A stretch of 63,297 nt of DNA from Anaerolineaceae bacterium UBA5311. GTDB lineage: Bacteria; Chloroflexota; Anaerolineae; Anaerolineales; Anaerolineaceae. The notes under the pieces are model-generated. The model saw nothing but the letters and a program-made list of their open reading frames with translations, was not told where the DNA came from and made no database searches. Positions 1 through 8,548 of this stretch are shown in pieces. The DNA is taken from NCBI GenBank assembly GCA_002411175.1, contig DHRN01000039.1, forward strand, positions 1 to 63,297, given 5' to 3'. The translations under genes were made by a program, and so were the position numbers. Within the stretch, counting starts at the first letter, position 1. Every line of letters starts with the position of its first letter.

Positions 1-134
1 TTGTGAACGGCGGATTGAGGGGGGAGCAACATCACCGTCCCACCAATGTCACAACCCCCTCAATACACGGCTTCGCCGGAACAGACGTCACACTCTACGG
101 CTTATCGTGGGACGGCATGGCATCCTTCCCCTAC
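1..134. repeat. Partial (window-edge) copy of dispersed modular hairpin repeat, family 2, inverted relative to the 58.8-kb copy
   Basis: attgaggggg (14-23) / ccccctcaat (55-64) inverted repeat. ggcttcgccggaac (69-82) is the reverse complement of gttccggcgaagcc at 54281 and 54323. gggacggcatggca core at 109-122. Confidence 0.7.
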
Positions 135-180
135 AAAACAAACAAATCTTTCTGTATTGAGAATTGATGCGTGAATGACC

Positions 181-432
181 CTATCTTGCGAGCAGGGTGA
201 CAGCCAGCAGCTGAACAACGGCTGAGAGGGTGTAGATGATCCAAAAATACGAGTGGCGGGTTTTGTGGCGGAAAACCTTCATCCCCACCAAGCCGCCGAT
301 TGCCCCACCGAAAACGCCCAACAACAGCAGTACCTTTTCCGGGATTCTGCGTCCGTCTGCTTTGGCCTGCAGTTTGTCGTAACCAAGCGTTAAAAAGGTG
401 ATGAAGCTGATTGGGATGAGTAACCGGTCCAT
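181..432 (-). CDS. DUF1294 small membrane protein
   Basis: ORF 181..453. Motifs RIPE and FRHKTRH are typical of DUF1294. ATG at 432 has an aggaa RBS and a TATAAT (464-469, minus) upstream; the alternative TTG start is at 453. Confidence 0.7.
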   Translation of the reverse strand: MDRLLIPISFITFLTLGYDKLQAKADGRRIPEKVLLLLGVFGGAIGGLVGMKVFRHKTRHSYFWIIYTLSAVVQLLAVTLLAR

Positions 433-483
433 TATTATTCCTGCGTTTTTCAAACAATTGGGAATTATAGCTTATCATTAACT

Positions 484-1140
484 GTGGAGAGAAAAATGAA
501 CCCCGAAAACCGCCTGATTCCACTTGAAGCTGTAGAAAATGAAATATTGGTCGTCAATAGTCGATTTATCGCCAGTTTATCTCCCGCTGGGAGTGTGGAA
601 GAAGCTCGCGCTTTTGTCAGCGAGATCAAGCAGCGTTATCACGATGCATCGAATCACGTGCCGGCTTTCATCATTGGACATGGCAAGAGCATCATCACCC
701 ATTGTACTGATGACGGCGAACCCTCCGGCACCGCCGGCAGACCAGCCCTGGCGGTCCTGCAGGGCAGCGGGTTGGGTAACGTGGTTGTTGTGGTTACGCG
801 TTATTTTGGGGGCACCAAGCTGGGCACCGGTGGGCTGGTGAAGGCGTATGGTGATGCTGTCAGAGAGGTGCTGAAAGAGGTGAAATTCGCCGTGTTGGTT
901 CCAACGACCACGCTGATGTTCGTGCTTCCTTATCGTTTGTATGACCAGGTTGTGAGGTTGATGGAAGCCAGCGGTGGGCAGGTAGTCGACACTGAATTCA
1001 TGGAAGAAATAACTGTAACCGTACGTTTCAAGGATGAGGCAGTTGAGGAGTTCAGCAACGACCTGGGCAATCTCTCGGCAGGTCAGGTTGAGCTGGTGAT
1101 CATCGAACAGAACTCCGAAAGTGTTTTTCCGTTAGTTTAA
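484..1140 (+). CDS. YigZ/IMPACT (UPF0029) family protein
   Basis: 218-aa ORF with SRFIA...H.VPAFI...DDGEPSGTAGRP...VVVTRYFGGTKLG signature. Start is GTG 484 or ATG 496. Confidence 0.8.
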   Translation: MERKMNPENRLIPLEAVENEILVVNSRFIASLSPAGSVEEARAFVSEIKQRYHDASNHVPAFIIGHGKSIITHCTDDGEPSGTAGRPALAVLQGSGLGNVVVVVTRYFGGTKLGTGGLVKAYGDAVREVLKEVKFAVLVPTTTLMFVLPYRLYDQVVRLMEASGGQVVDTEFMEEITVTVRFKDEAVEEFSNDLGNLSAGQVELVIIEQNSESVFPLV

Positions 1141-1210
1141 TCATTGATGCTGAGCTGGCAGCAATGCCCACCCGATCCACGCCATCGCAAGCGCAGTGTA
1201 ACCAATTTTC

Positions 1211-2968
1211 CTAATACAATTGCTGCTGGGCGGTATAGAGCTTATAGTACAGCCCTTTCTCCTGCAATAATTCAGCATGCGTTCCGGCTTCGACAATTCT
1301 GCTCCCCTCCAGGGCAACAATACGGTCTGCATTGCGCACAGTCGAAAGCCTGTGAGCGATAATGATCGTTGTGCGCCCTTCAATCAGGCGGTCTAGCGCT
1401 TGCTGAATGAGCATTTCAGTTTCTGTATCAACAGAGGAAGTCGCTTCGTCCAGTATCAGAATCGGGCTATCTTTCAAAACCGCCCGGGCGATCGAGAGGC
1501 GCTGTTTTTGTCCACCAGAGAGCTTAACCCCCCGTTCTCCGATCAACGTGTCATACCCGTTAGGCATTCGGTCGATAAATTCGGAGGCGTTGGCAATCTG
1601 GGCTGCCCGGATCATCTCTTCTTCGCTTGCGTCCATTTTCCCGAAAAGGATGTTTTCGCGGATGGTGCCGTGAAAGAGGTAAACGTCCTGTAAAACCATG
1701 CTGACGGATTGGTGCAGTTGGTCGAGGTCAATCTCCCGCACATCCACACCATCCACGCTGACACTGCCGCTGATCACATCGTAAAACCGGGGAATCAGGC
1801 TTACCAGCGTGGTTTTACCCACACCTGTGGGACCAATCAGGGCAACTGTGGCGCCTGCGGGAATTTCGAGGTTGATATCTGAGAGGACTTCTTCTCCTTC
1901 AATGTAATGAAAACTGACCTTGTCAAAGTGGATACGTCCTTTCAAAGGTTCGTGAAAAATATGTGGATTCGCAGGGGAGGCGATTTCAGGGTCGACAGTC
2001 AGAATTTCAGCGACACGTTCAAATCCAGCCAAAGATTCCTGGACGGCTTCCATCGAATTGCCCAGACCGCGAACAGGGGTATAAAAACTGTCCAGGTATA
2101 GAAAAAAGGCGACCAGGTCAGCAATCGAAAGCGTTCCGGCGATTGCCATGCGTGCGCCAAAATAGATTATCAGCAGCTGTCCAATGCCGGCTGCGAAATC
2201 AAAAATCGGATTAAAGATCGCCATCAGCTTCAAAGCGTGCAGGTTTTTGTGCAAAACAAGCTGAATTTTGCCGTCCACCTTGTCGAGCGCGTCCTCCTCC
2301 CGGGCAAAGGATTTTACTTCCCGGATGCCAGAGAGATTGTCGTTCAGAATCGCGTTCAACTCACCAACAGAATGCTGCCGGTTTCGGAAAGCAGGACGCA
2401 CAATTTTGCTATAACCAATCACGGCTGCGACGATCAGCGGAATAGGGATGAGCGTAAGCAGTGTCAGCCGCACATTCATTGAAAGCAGGATGGCAGTAAC
2501 CCCTGCCAGGGTGATGGTGTTGACGATGATATCAGGCAGTGCGTGCGCGACCATGCGCTCGAACAGGTCGGTATCGTTGATAATCCGCGACATCAACTGC
2601 CCGGTTTGCTTATCCTCATAAAAGCGTAGTGAGAGCTTCTGGATGTGTTCGTAAACCATCCGGCGGGCGTCTGATACCACCCCCCAGCCTGCCTTGTGGG
2701 CAGCGTAAGAGCGGATAAATTGCATCACTGCCCGGGCAATGAAGACGAGCAGCGCGATGGCAGAGATGCGCGTAATAAAATCGATCGTTTCCTGACCGAG
2801 CGGTTGGTTGGTCAGCCTGTCGATCAGCAGGCGGATGATCCAGGGGATCAAAAGCTGTGCGCCTACCAGCCCGAGCATGGTCAGGGATGTGGCGAGGATT
2901 AATTTCCAATACTTTTTGGCGAGTTTGCCGAGAAGATTAAATGGTTTCAAGTTTATTTCCGTTTTCAA
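1211..2968 (-). CDS. ABC exporter, fused permease/ATPase (MsbA/multidrug type half-transporter)
   Basis: 585 aa. N-terminal 6-TM domain, Walker A GPTGVGKTT, signature LSGGQKQR, Walker B ILILDEATS. Confidence 0.9.
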   Translation of the reverse strand: MKTEINLKPFNLLGKLAKKYWKLILATSLTMLGLVGAQLLIPWIIRLLIDRLTNQPLGQETIDFITRISAIALLVFIARAVMQFIRSYAAHKAGWGVVSDARRMVYEHIQKLSLRFYEDKQTGQLMSRIINDTDLFERMVAHALPDIIVNTITLAGVTAILLSMNVRLTLLTLIPIPLIVAAVIGYSKIVRPAFRNRQHSVGELNAILNDNLSGIREVKSFAREEDALDKVDGKIQLVLHKNLHALKLMAIFNPIFDFAAGIGQLLIIYFGARMAIAGTLSIADLVAFFLYLDSFYTPVRGLGNSMEAVQESLAGFERVAEILTVDPEIASPANPHIFHEPLKGRIHFDKVSFHYIEGEEVLSDINLEIPAGATVALIGPTGVGKTTLVSLIPRFYDVISGSVSVDGVDVREIDLDQLHQSVSMVLQDVYLFHGTIRENILFGKMDASEEEMIRAAQIANASEFIDRMPNGYDTLIGERGVKLSGGQKQRLSIARAVLKDSPILILDEATSSVDTETEMLIQQALDRLIEGRTTIIIAHRLSTVRNADRIVALEGSRIVEAGTHAELLQEKGLYYKLYTAQQQLY

Positions 2969-3662
2969 GTGAGATGATTACCGCAGCATTTTTACCCCAG
3001 CGCGGGATGGGCAAGCCCCAGGCTTTACGAAAACCAGCGTCTTCCATCCAGAATAAGCCCGTTCCGGCGTTTATCCATGAATTGATGAAGCCCCAGGGGG
3101 TCTGCGCTTCGCCGCTTCTGTGTTCCGTATCGTAAGCAGCGAAGAGCATGGTATGACCACCTGCTCCGCTGAGTTGGTTGAAATTTCTTGGCTGTTCTTT
3201 GTAATAAATCGCAGGCGCTTTGCCAAACCACCAGTAAATGGTCACCAGGCAGGCGAGGTTTTCTGCTTCTGCAGTCGCGCGCAGGAGTTCCGGGGTCAGG
3301 TGAAGCTGTTTTGCTGTTAATGGGAGGTTGTGCTTCTTTGCCAGGTAGCGCGTGAGCCGCACCTGAAGTGGTGGAGTGATGCCCGAGTTTGGCGCAAGGC
3401 GATAAAAGCGCCCCCGCCACCAGATGTGGTTTATTTCGTCAATAATTTCCGCGGGGTCAAGTTTGGTTCCGGTGAGCAGCTCTGTTGCTGCGACGATCGA
3501 ATGCACCGCGCAATCATTACCAACCTGGAGGGTTTGCAATTGAGCGAGTTTTATTTCTGGCAGGGCACGAAGACTGGTCTTTTTCATGATGGCAATTCTA
3601 CTATTGAAATTGGACTCTTTGTTAAAAGTATGACACAACACGGGTATTTTTTCATTTGACAT
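2937..3662 (-). CDS. Stand-alone papain-fold cysteine peptidase, C39-like
   Basis: Q-x5-NDCAVHS (candidate Cys nucleophile about 25-50 aa from the N-terminus), GGHTMLF (His), FINSW. The long ORF 2937..3938 runs into repeat DNA, so the start is more likely ATG 3662 or 3587. The 3' end overlaps the ABC exporter start by 32 nt. Confidence 0.45.
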   Translation of the reverse strand: MSNEKIPVLCHTFNKESNFNSRIAIMKKTSLRALPEIKLAQLQTLQVGNDCAVHSIVAATELLTGTKLDPAEIIDEINHIWWRGRFYRLAPNSGITPPLQVRLTRYLAKKHNLPLTAKQLHLTPELLRATAEAENLACLVTIYWWFGKAPAIYYKEQPRNFNQLSGAGGHTMLFAAYDTEHRSGEAQTPWGFINSWINAGTGLFWMEDAGFRKAWGLPIPRWGKNAAVIISLENGNKLETI

Positions 3663-3728
3663 GTCGATGCGAATGCCGAATTTGCAGGGCGAAGGACTTC
3701 TGTTGCTACCACAACCCCTTTTCACCGC

Positions 3729-4127
3729 GCACCCCACCTCCTCTTTAGAAGGGGGCAGGGGGGTGGGGAACGGGGAGCTGGGAGCGGGGAGCTCCTCTGT
3801 AGAGGGGGGCAGGGGGGTGAGAGCATTACAAGGTGGGTGTAAAACGGCGTGGCAATCTGCAGTTATTTGGCAAGTACAAAGAATCAAAGGCAGGCTGCCG
3901 CGCCCCCTCAACGTGATCCAAAAGTCCCCGCCTTCCACCTAACGGGGGCTCGCAGTGACGCCTTGTATTCCTGTCGGTACCCTCGACGGGCGGACGTGAT
4001 ATCGCTCTTGCCCCCCACCTTGAATTTATAGTGTTTTTCTAGATTCGTTTTACTCTTACCCCCTTTAATTCCCCCACTAAAGCGGGTCGTTGTTGCACCA
4101 CATCTAAAGAGGGTGGTGGGGTGTAAT
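3729..4127. repeat. About 400-bp repeat element bounded by about 20-bp inverted ends
   Basis: caccccacctcctctttaga (about 3730) vs the reverse complement of 4101-4125 (caccccaccaccctctttaga). Internal copies of ctctKtagaRgggggcaggggggtg and of the caggctgccgcgccccc...gggggctcgcagtgac hairpin also occur in the 16.6-17.9 kb array. Confidence 0.65.
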
Positions 4128-4244
4128 GATTGAGGCTTTATGGTATCCAGTCGTATTGGACGAGGTGTTCTTATCGCTGCCGGGGAGTGGATTGCCTGAT
4201 CCACAACTTCTCATCTTAAAATGCTAAACATATGTGCTAACCTC

Positions 4245-4297
4245 TTGTCAAAAACGCTCATTCATGGTAATATGAATACATGAACAAATATTCATAT
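4245..4297 (+). promoter_or_regulatory. sigma70-type promoter with overlapping ArsR/SmtB-type operator
   Basis: TTGTCA (4245-4250), 17-nt spacer, TAATAT (4268-4273). Inverted repeat ATATGAATA (4270-4278) / TATTCATAT (4289-4297) encloses TGAACAAATATTCA, which resembles SmtB/CzrA/CadC-type operators. Confidence 0.55.
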
Positions 4298-4320
4298 GAA
4301 AATTGTTACAGGAAATATCC

Positions 4321-4632
4321 ATGGAAGAAAAACTGGATCTCAAAACCGCAGAATTGATCGCCACAACCTTCAAAGGGTTGGCAAACAGCACACGCCTGCG
4401 CCTGCTCGCAATCCTGCTGGAAGGTGACACCTGCGTCTCAGACCTGGCAGAGTCCACCGGAATCAGCCAGAGCGCTGTCTCACACCAATTGCGTGTCTTG
4501 CGCCACCTCCGCTTCGTCTCCACCCGCCGAGAGGGCAAGCAAATCTTTTACCATATCGATGATGAGCACATCGAGGGTCTCTACAACCTTGCTCTCGAGC
4601 ACACTTTTCATCTTGATGACCCGAGGAATTAA
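4321..4632 (+). CDS. ArsR/SmtB-family metal-sensing repressor
   Basis: wHTH LANSTRLRLLAIL..GDTCVSDLAESTGISQSAVSHQLRVLR. ATG 4321 has an agga RBS; the ORF track starts at TTG 4303. Confidence 0.9.
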   Translation: MEEKLDLKTAELIATTFKGLANSTRLRLLAILLEGDTCVSDLAESTGISQSAVSHQLRVLRHLRFVSTRREGKQIFYHIDDEHIEGLYNLALEHTFHLDDPRN

Positions 4633-6740
4633 TGACTGACAATACCAATTTATCAAAAACCCCCGATTGCATCGAAAACCCGGATTCGACGGGCTGTGGA
4701 TGCGACTGCGAATCGACCGGTTCCATCAAACCCGAGCCAGATAAAGAGCGCCCCCGCGCCGCCAAAGCCAGCTTTGGAGGTTTTCTCAGCTCGTTTTGGA
4801 AAACACCGGATTTGAAAATCGTCATTATTGGCTTAATCCTCCTGGTTTTGAGCCTCTTTCTCGACCGGCTTGGTATACAGCAGCCCTGGATCATGATCAT
4901 CCAGCTGGTTTTGCTTCCAATCGCTGGCTGGTCTATTTTTAGGGACGGATTCCGCTCGCTTGTCAAGAACCACCGTTTCAATATGAACACACTGATGTCG
5001 ATTGCCTCCATCGGAGCGGTTATCCTCGGAGAAACCTACGAAGCCATTGTTCTGCTGCTTCTGTTCACTTTGTCGGAAGCACTGGAAGACTATATAAACG
5101 ATAATGCCCGCCAAATATTGGCTCAATTTGCAGACCTCGCTCCCAAAACAGCCCTGCTTCTTGAAGACGAGCGTGAATCTGTTGTTCCTGTCGGCACTTT
5201 GCAGCCTGGCGATGTCATCGTAATCAGACCAGCCGACCGCATCCCGATGGACGGCATAATCCTGCGCGGCAGCAGTTCAGTCAATCAGGCTCCAATCACC
5301 GGCGAGAGCAAACTGGTTGAAAAATCCAGCGGTGATGAAGTCCTCTCCGGCAGCATCAACGGACAGGGCGCTTTGCAGGTGCAGGTCAGCAAGTATGCCC
5401 AGGATAATACCATCCAACGCATCATCGAGCTGGTCACGCAAGCCCAGGAAAACAAAGCCGGGCAGGTCAAATTCATCGACCGTTTCGCTGCTGTTTACAC
5501 TCCGATTGTCTTTGTTATTGCCCTGCTGGCTGCTACCATCCCGGTTTTCTTTTTTAATCAACCGTTCTGGAATGCCGGCAGTACTTACGGCTGGTTTCAT
5601 CGTTCGCTCTCCCTTCTTTTGGTGGGGTGCCCCTGCGCCCTGGTAATCAGCACACCAATCACGATGATCAGCGGGCTCACCCGGGGAGCCAAAGCCGGGG
5701 TGGTCTTCAAAGGAGGTATCTTCCTCGAAGAATTAGCGCGGACTAAAGTGATTGCCTTTGACAAAACCGGTACCCTAACCCGCGGTGAACCCGTGGTAAG
5801 CCAGGTGAGGGCAATTGACTGTGAAGGCGCTCAATACTGTCCCCCTTGTGACGATCTGCTCGCTCTTACCAGCGCGCTCGAAGCTCATAGCAGCCATCCA
5901 CTAAGCTCGGCAGTTCTCAACGAAGCCAAGTTGAGAGGGGTCGCTTCCACTTACCCAGCTGCGCAGGACCTGGTCGTCCTGGAAGGCAGAGGGCAGGTTG
6001 GAACGGTCAACGGCAAATCCGGCACAGTCGGCAGCCTGGCGCTATTCCTGGAAGAACATGACACTCCCCAGCAGCTGGTCGACGAAGTTCTCGCTGCTGA
6101 AAGCCAGGGAAAAAGCACCATGCTGGTTTGTGATGGTGACCGAGTCAGAGGTTTCCTTAGCGTTGAAGATGTCGTTCGCAGGGGCGTCAGTGAGGTTATC
6201 AGCGAGATCAAAGCAGCTGGTATCCACCCAGTGATGCTTACCGGTGATAACAAAACGGTCGCTCAAAAAGTGGCTGACGAGGTTGGGATTGAGGAATATC
6301 ATGCTTCGTTGCTGCCCGAAGACAAACTGAATTGGCTGAGCGGGCTCAGAGAAAAGTTTGGCTCAGTGGTCATGACCGGTGATGGTATCAACGACTCCCC
6401 CGCGCTTGCCAGCGCTGAAGTGGGTATCGGTATGGGCGGTGCCGGCAACGCCCAGGTACTCGAGACTGCTGATGTGGTCCTGCTCGATGATGACCTTGGA
6501 AAGCTTCCTTTTGCCATCCGCCTGTCAAAGTTTGTGAACAAACTGATTCGGCAAAATGTTGTCATCAGCCTTGGTGTCAAGTTTTTAATAGCAGTGATCG
6601 CCTTGCTCGGTCTGACACCGCTCTGGGTGGCAGTTTTTGCGGATATTGGAATCTCACTGTTGGTTACCCTGAATGGTACCCGCGCGCTGCGCTTTGAACC
6701 CGAAACGGGCTTGGCTGTGCCTGAAATCAGCGCAGCCTGA
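4632..6740 (+). CDS. P1B-type heavy-metal-translocating ATPase (Zn/Cd/Co-type)
   Basis: CPC in VGCPCALVIS, DKTGTLT, SSHPLS, GDGINDSPAL. The start overlaps the arsR-family stop (TAATG). The N-terminus has TGCGCDCESTG instead of a recognisable GMxCxxC HMA domain. Confidence 0.9.
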   Translation: MTDNTNLSKTPDCIENPDSTGCGCDCESTGSIKPEPDKERPRAAKASFGGFLSSFWKTPDLKIVIIGLILLVLSLFLDRLGIQQPWIMIIQLVLLPIAGWSIFRDGFRSLVKNHRFNMNTLMSIASIGAVILGETYEAIVLLLLFTLSEALEDYINDNARQILAQFADLAPKTALLLEDERESVVPVGTLQPGDVIVIRPADRIPMDGIILRGSSSVNQAPITGESKLVEKSSGDEVLSGSINGQGALQVQVSKYAQDNTIQRIIELVTQAQENKAGQVKFIDRFAAVYTPIVFVIALLAATIPVFFFNQPFWNAGSTYGWFHRSLSLLLVGCPCALVISTPITMISGLTRGAKAGVVFKGGIFLEELARTKVIAFDKTGTLTRGEPVVSQVRAIDCEGAQYCPPCDDLLALTSALEAHSSHPLSSAVLNEAKLRGVASTYPAAQDLVVLEGRGQVGTVNGKSGTVGSLALFLEEHDTPQQLVDEVLAAESQGKSTMLVCDGDRVRGFLSVEDVVRRGVSEVISEIKAAGIHPVMLTGDNKTVAQKVADEVGIEEYHASLLPEDKLNWLSGLREKFGSVVMTGDGINDSPALASAEVGIGMGGAGNAQVLETADVVLLDDDLGKLPFAIRLSKFVNKLIRQNVVISLGVKFLIAVIALLGLTPLWVAVFADIGISLLVTLNGTRALRFEPETGLAVPEISAA

Positions 6741-7971
6741 AAACCAGGTCCCATTCTCCTTCAACGGTGGCTTCAGGTCTTGAGATCGTGGTCGCGAATG
6801 TGATCCACGATCTTCCTGGCTTTAAGGGGTAGGGATCCCCGCCAACGTAGAACTGGAATGGGTCAGATAAGCTTTCGGAATACCAGGTGCCATAGGTCAG
6901 TTTGCCATTTCGCAGCAGGATAGCGACCTGGTTTGGGTCACCTTCGCGCATGTTGATGTCGTAGGTGGTGCTGTTGTATTCAATATAATTCGCCATCAAG
7001 AAAATCACGTTATCAAAAGCGATTGGTTCTCCGCTATCCCGGTCGAAAGACTGGGCAAGCGAAAGGACACCATTTTCGTCTTCAACTTCCTGCCAGAGCT
7101 GATACTTGCCCGACTCAGGGTCATATCGCCAATCCATCACTGAGAAATCGGCATACATATAGCTAAAACGGGTGGCGATCTCATCCCAATCATTAAAGTT
7201 GGGAGCAAAATACTGTTCTTCCATCTGGACTGCCGTTCGGGGAGGTCGGTTCTCCAGCGCAAAAGCCCTGATTGCCGCTGTGTTTACAACCGTGTTTCCG
7301 CCTTGAGCCGCTGTCTCGGTACAGATTCCCGGGCAGGGCGCATATCCGCGATAAAAAACCCGATCAGCCAGAGTGTTCTCAAAAACACCTGTGACCATGT
7401 CATCCGCGCTGGCGACAACCAGGTCTGCCTGGTAATGCCGTGCCAGGCGCGCATCAATCAGCCGTCCAGGGGCAAGCGGTCCGACCGCTGTGGCATCGTT
7501 GGTATAAAACAGTGCCAGCAGATGGTTGGTTTGGTGTCCGTTGTAATATTCAAAGACCAGGTCTGCGTTGATGATCTGGTTAAACGGACGCAGGCTGCGG
7601 GGCCAGTTGGCAAGCTTAACCAATACGGGCTGGCGCTGTAAAATTTCGCTGTCAGCAACACGCAGTCCAGTCAGAGGGTTGATTATCCTTGGCTTTACCA
7701 TGGTGGCGGTGGGTTCCTGGCTTGTAGGCGTCGCAATATCCCATGGTGTTGCTGTCGGTATTGGTGTTGGTGTGGCGTGGATGGCGATTTGGGTTAACTC
7801 CGCATCAGGCGACAGAGCGGCGGGACTTTTTTCAAGCGTCAAAACGGGCGTAATCATCGGCGGCATAGTTTGAGATGCTGGAATAGTCAGGAAAAGAATA
7901 GCTGCAAGCAGAGCCATGCCTGCGATAAGCCACCAATATTTTGAAAAGATTTGCTTTATTCTTCCCATCAT
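6727..7971 (-). CDS. DUF3048-family secreted/lipoprotein-like protein
   Basis: PLTGL...RQPVLVKLAN...ADLVFEYY...HLLALFY pattern. The signal/TM segment follows MMGRIKQIFSKYWWLIAG, so the start is likely 7971 rather than the ORF maximum 8052. Confidence 0.6.
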   Translation of the reverse strand: MMGRIKQIFSKYWWLIAGMALLAAILFLTIPASQTMPPMITPVLTLEKSPAALSPDAELTQIAIHATPTPIPTATPWDIATPTSQEPTATMVKPRIINPLTGLRVADSEILQRQPVLVKLANWPRSLRPFNQIINADLVFEYYNGHQTNHLLALFYTNDATAVGPLAPGRLIDARLARHYQADLVVASADDMVTGVFENTLADRVFYRGYAPCPGICTETAAQGGNTVVNTAAIRAFALENRPPRTAVQMEEQYFAPNFNDWDEIATRFSYMYADFSVMDWRYDPESGKYQLWQEVEDENGVLSLAQSFDRDSGEPIAFDNVIFLMANYIEYNSTTYDINMREGDPNQVAILLRNGKLTYGTWYSESLSDPFQFYVGGDPYPLKPGRSWITFATTISRPEATVEGEWDLVFRLR

Positions 7972-8124
7972 GATGATTTTATCACGGGGGTTGTATCTCA
8001 ACCCAAGGGATGGCAAACAGATTATTGTTTTGAATTTGACCAAAGCACTCAAAAATGTTGGGTTTGTGACATCGTTGGGATGGCAACAAATCTCAAAGCG
8101 GATGTGCTTAGGTCGAAAACGATC

Positions 8125-8342
8125 AGGAAACAGGAATAGGGAGCAGGGAACAGGAATTGGGTTTTGTCATCCTGAGCCTCTTTTGCGAAGGATCTTGTCG
8201 ATTGGAAGGGTAAGATCCTTACGAAGTGACACATAGTGTATTTCGTTCAGGATGACAGATAGTTTGTCATCCTGAGCCTCTTTTGCGAAGGATCTTGTCC
8301 ACAAACGACAGGATGCTTCGCAAAGGCTGCTCAAAATGACAG
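8125..8342. repeat. Dispersed modular hairpin repeat, family 1 copy
   Basis: 8125-8230 aligns with 58671-58800 (aggaaacagga...gggagcagggaacagg...tgtcatcctgagcctcttttgcgaaggatcttgtc...acgaagtga). tcaggatgaca (8248-8258) / tgtcatcctga (8266-8276) forms an 11-bp hairpin. A degenerate inverted copy lies at 8311-8342. Confidence 0.8.
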
Positions 8343-8479
8343 CCTCTTTTTCAATGCTTTTTGCCTGGTCTGGCCAAAACTGACACTGTTCTCGCAAGCA
8401 GGATGATATCTGGATTCAACCCGATGTTATCAAAAACAATCTTCGTTACCCACAAACCATAGCAAACTCCTAAACCGCT

Positions 8480-8507
8480 CTTAATTGCGAATTAACGAGC
8501 CCTTAAC
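8480..8507 (+). promoter_or_regulatory. Candidate Pho box (three direct repeats at 11-bp phase)
   Basis: CTTAAT 8480, ATTAAC 8491 and CTTAAC 8502 are exactly 11 bp apart, about 45-70 nt upstream of pstS. Confidence 0.4.
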
Positions 8508-8548
8508 CTATGTTTGGTAGCATAGTTGAGTAACAATTTATCGAAAAA

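Noticed and set aside
3908-4204. 98-aa minus-strand ORF upstream of the C39-like gene, considered as a possible precursor peptide
   Set aside because: It lies entirely in repeat/inverted-repeat DNA, is Gly/Arg/Pro-rich, and has no double-glycine leader or RBS.
8049-8397. ORFs 8049..8234 and 8167..8397 (both contain ...RSFAKEAQDDK...)
   Set aside because: They translate the family-1 repeat module; the same peptide appears as a false N-terminus of ORF 57196..58755.
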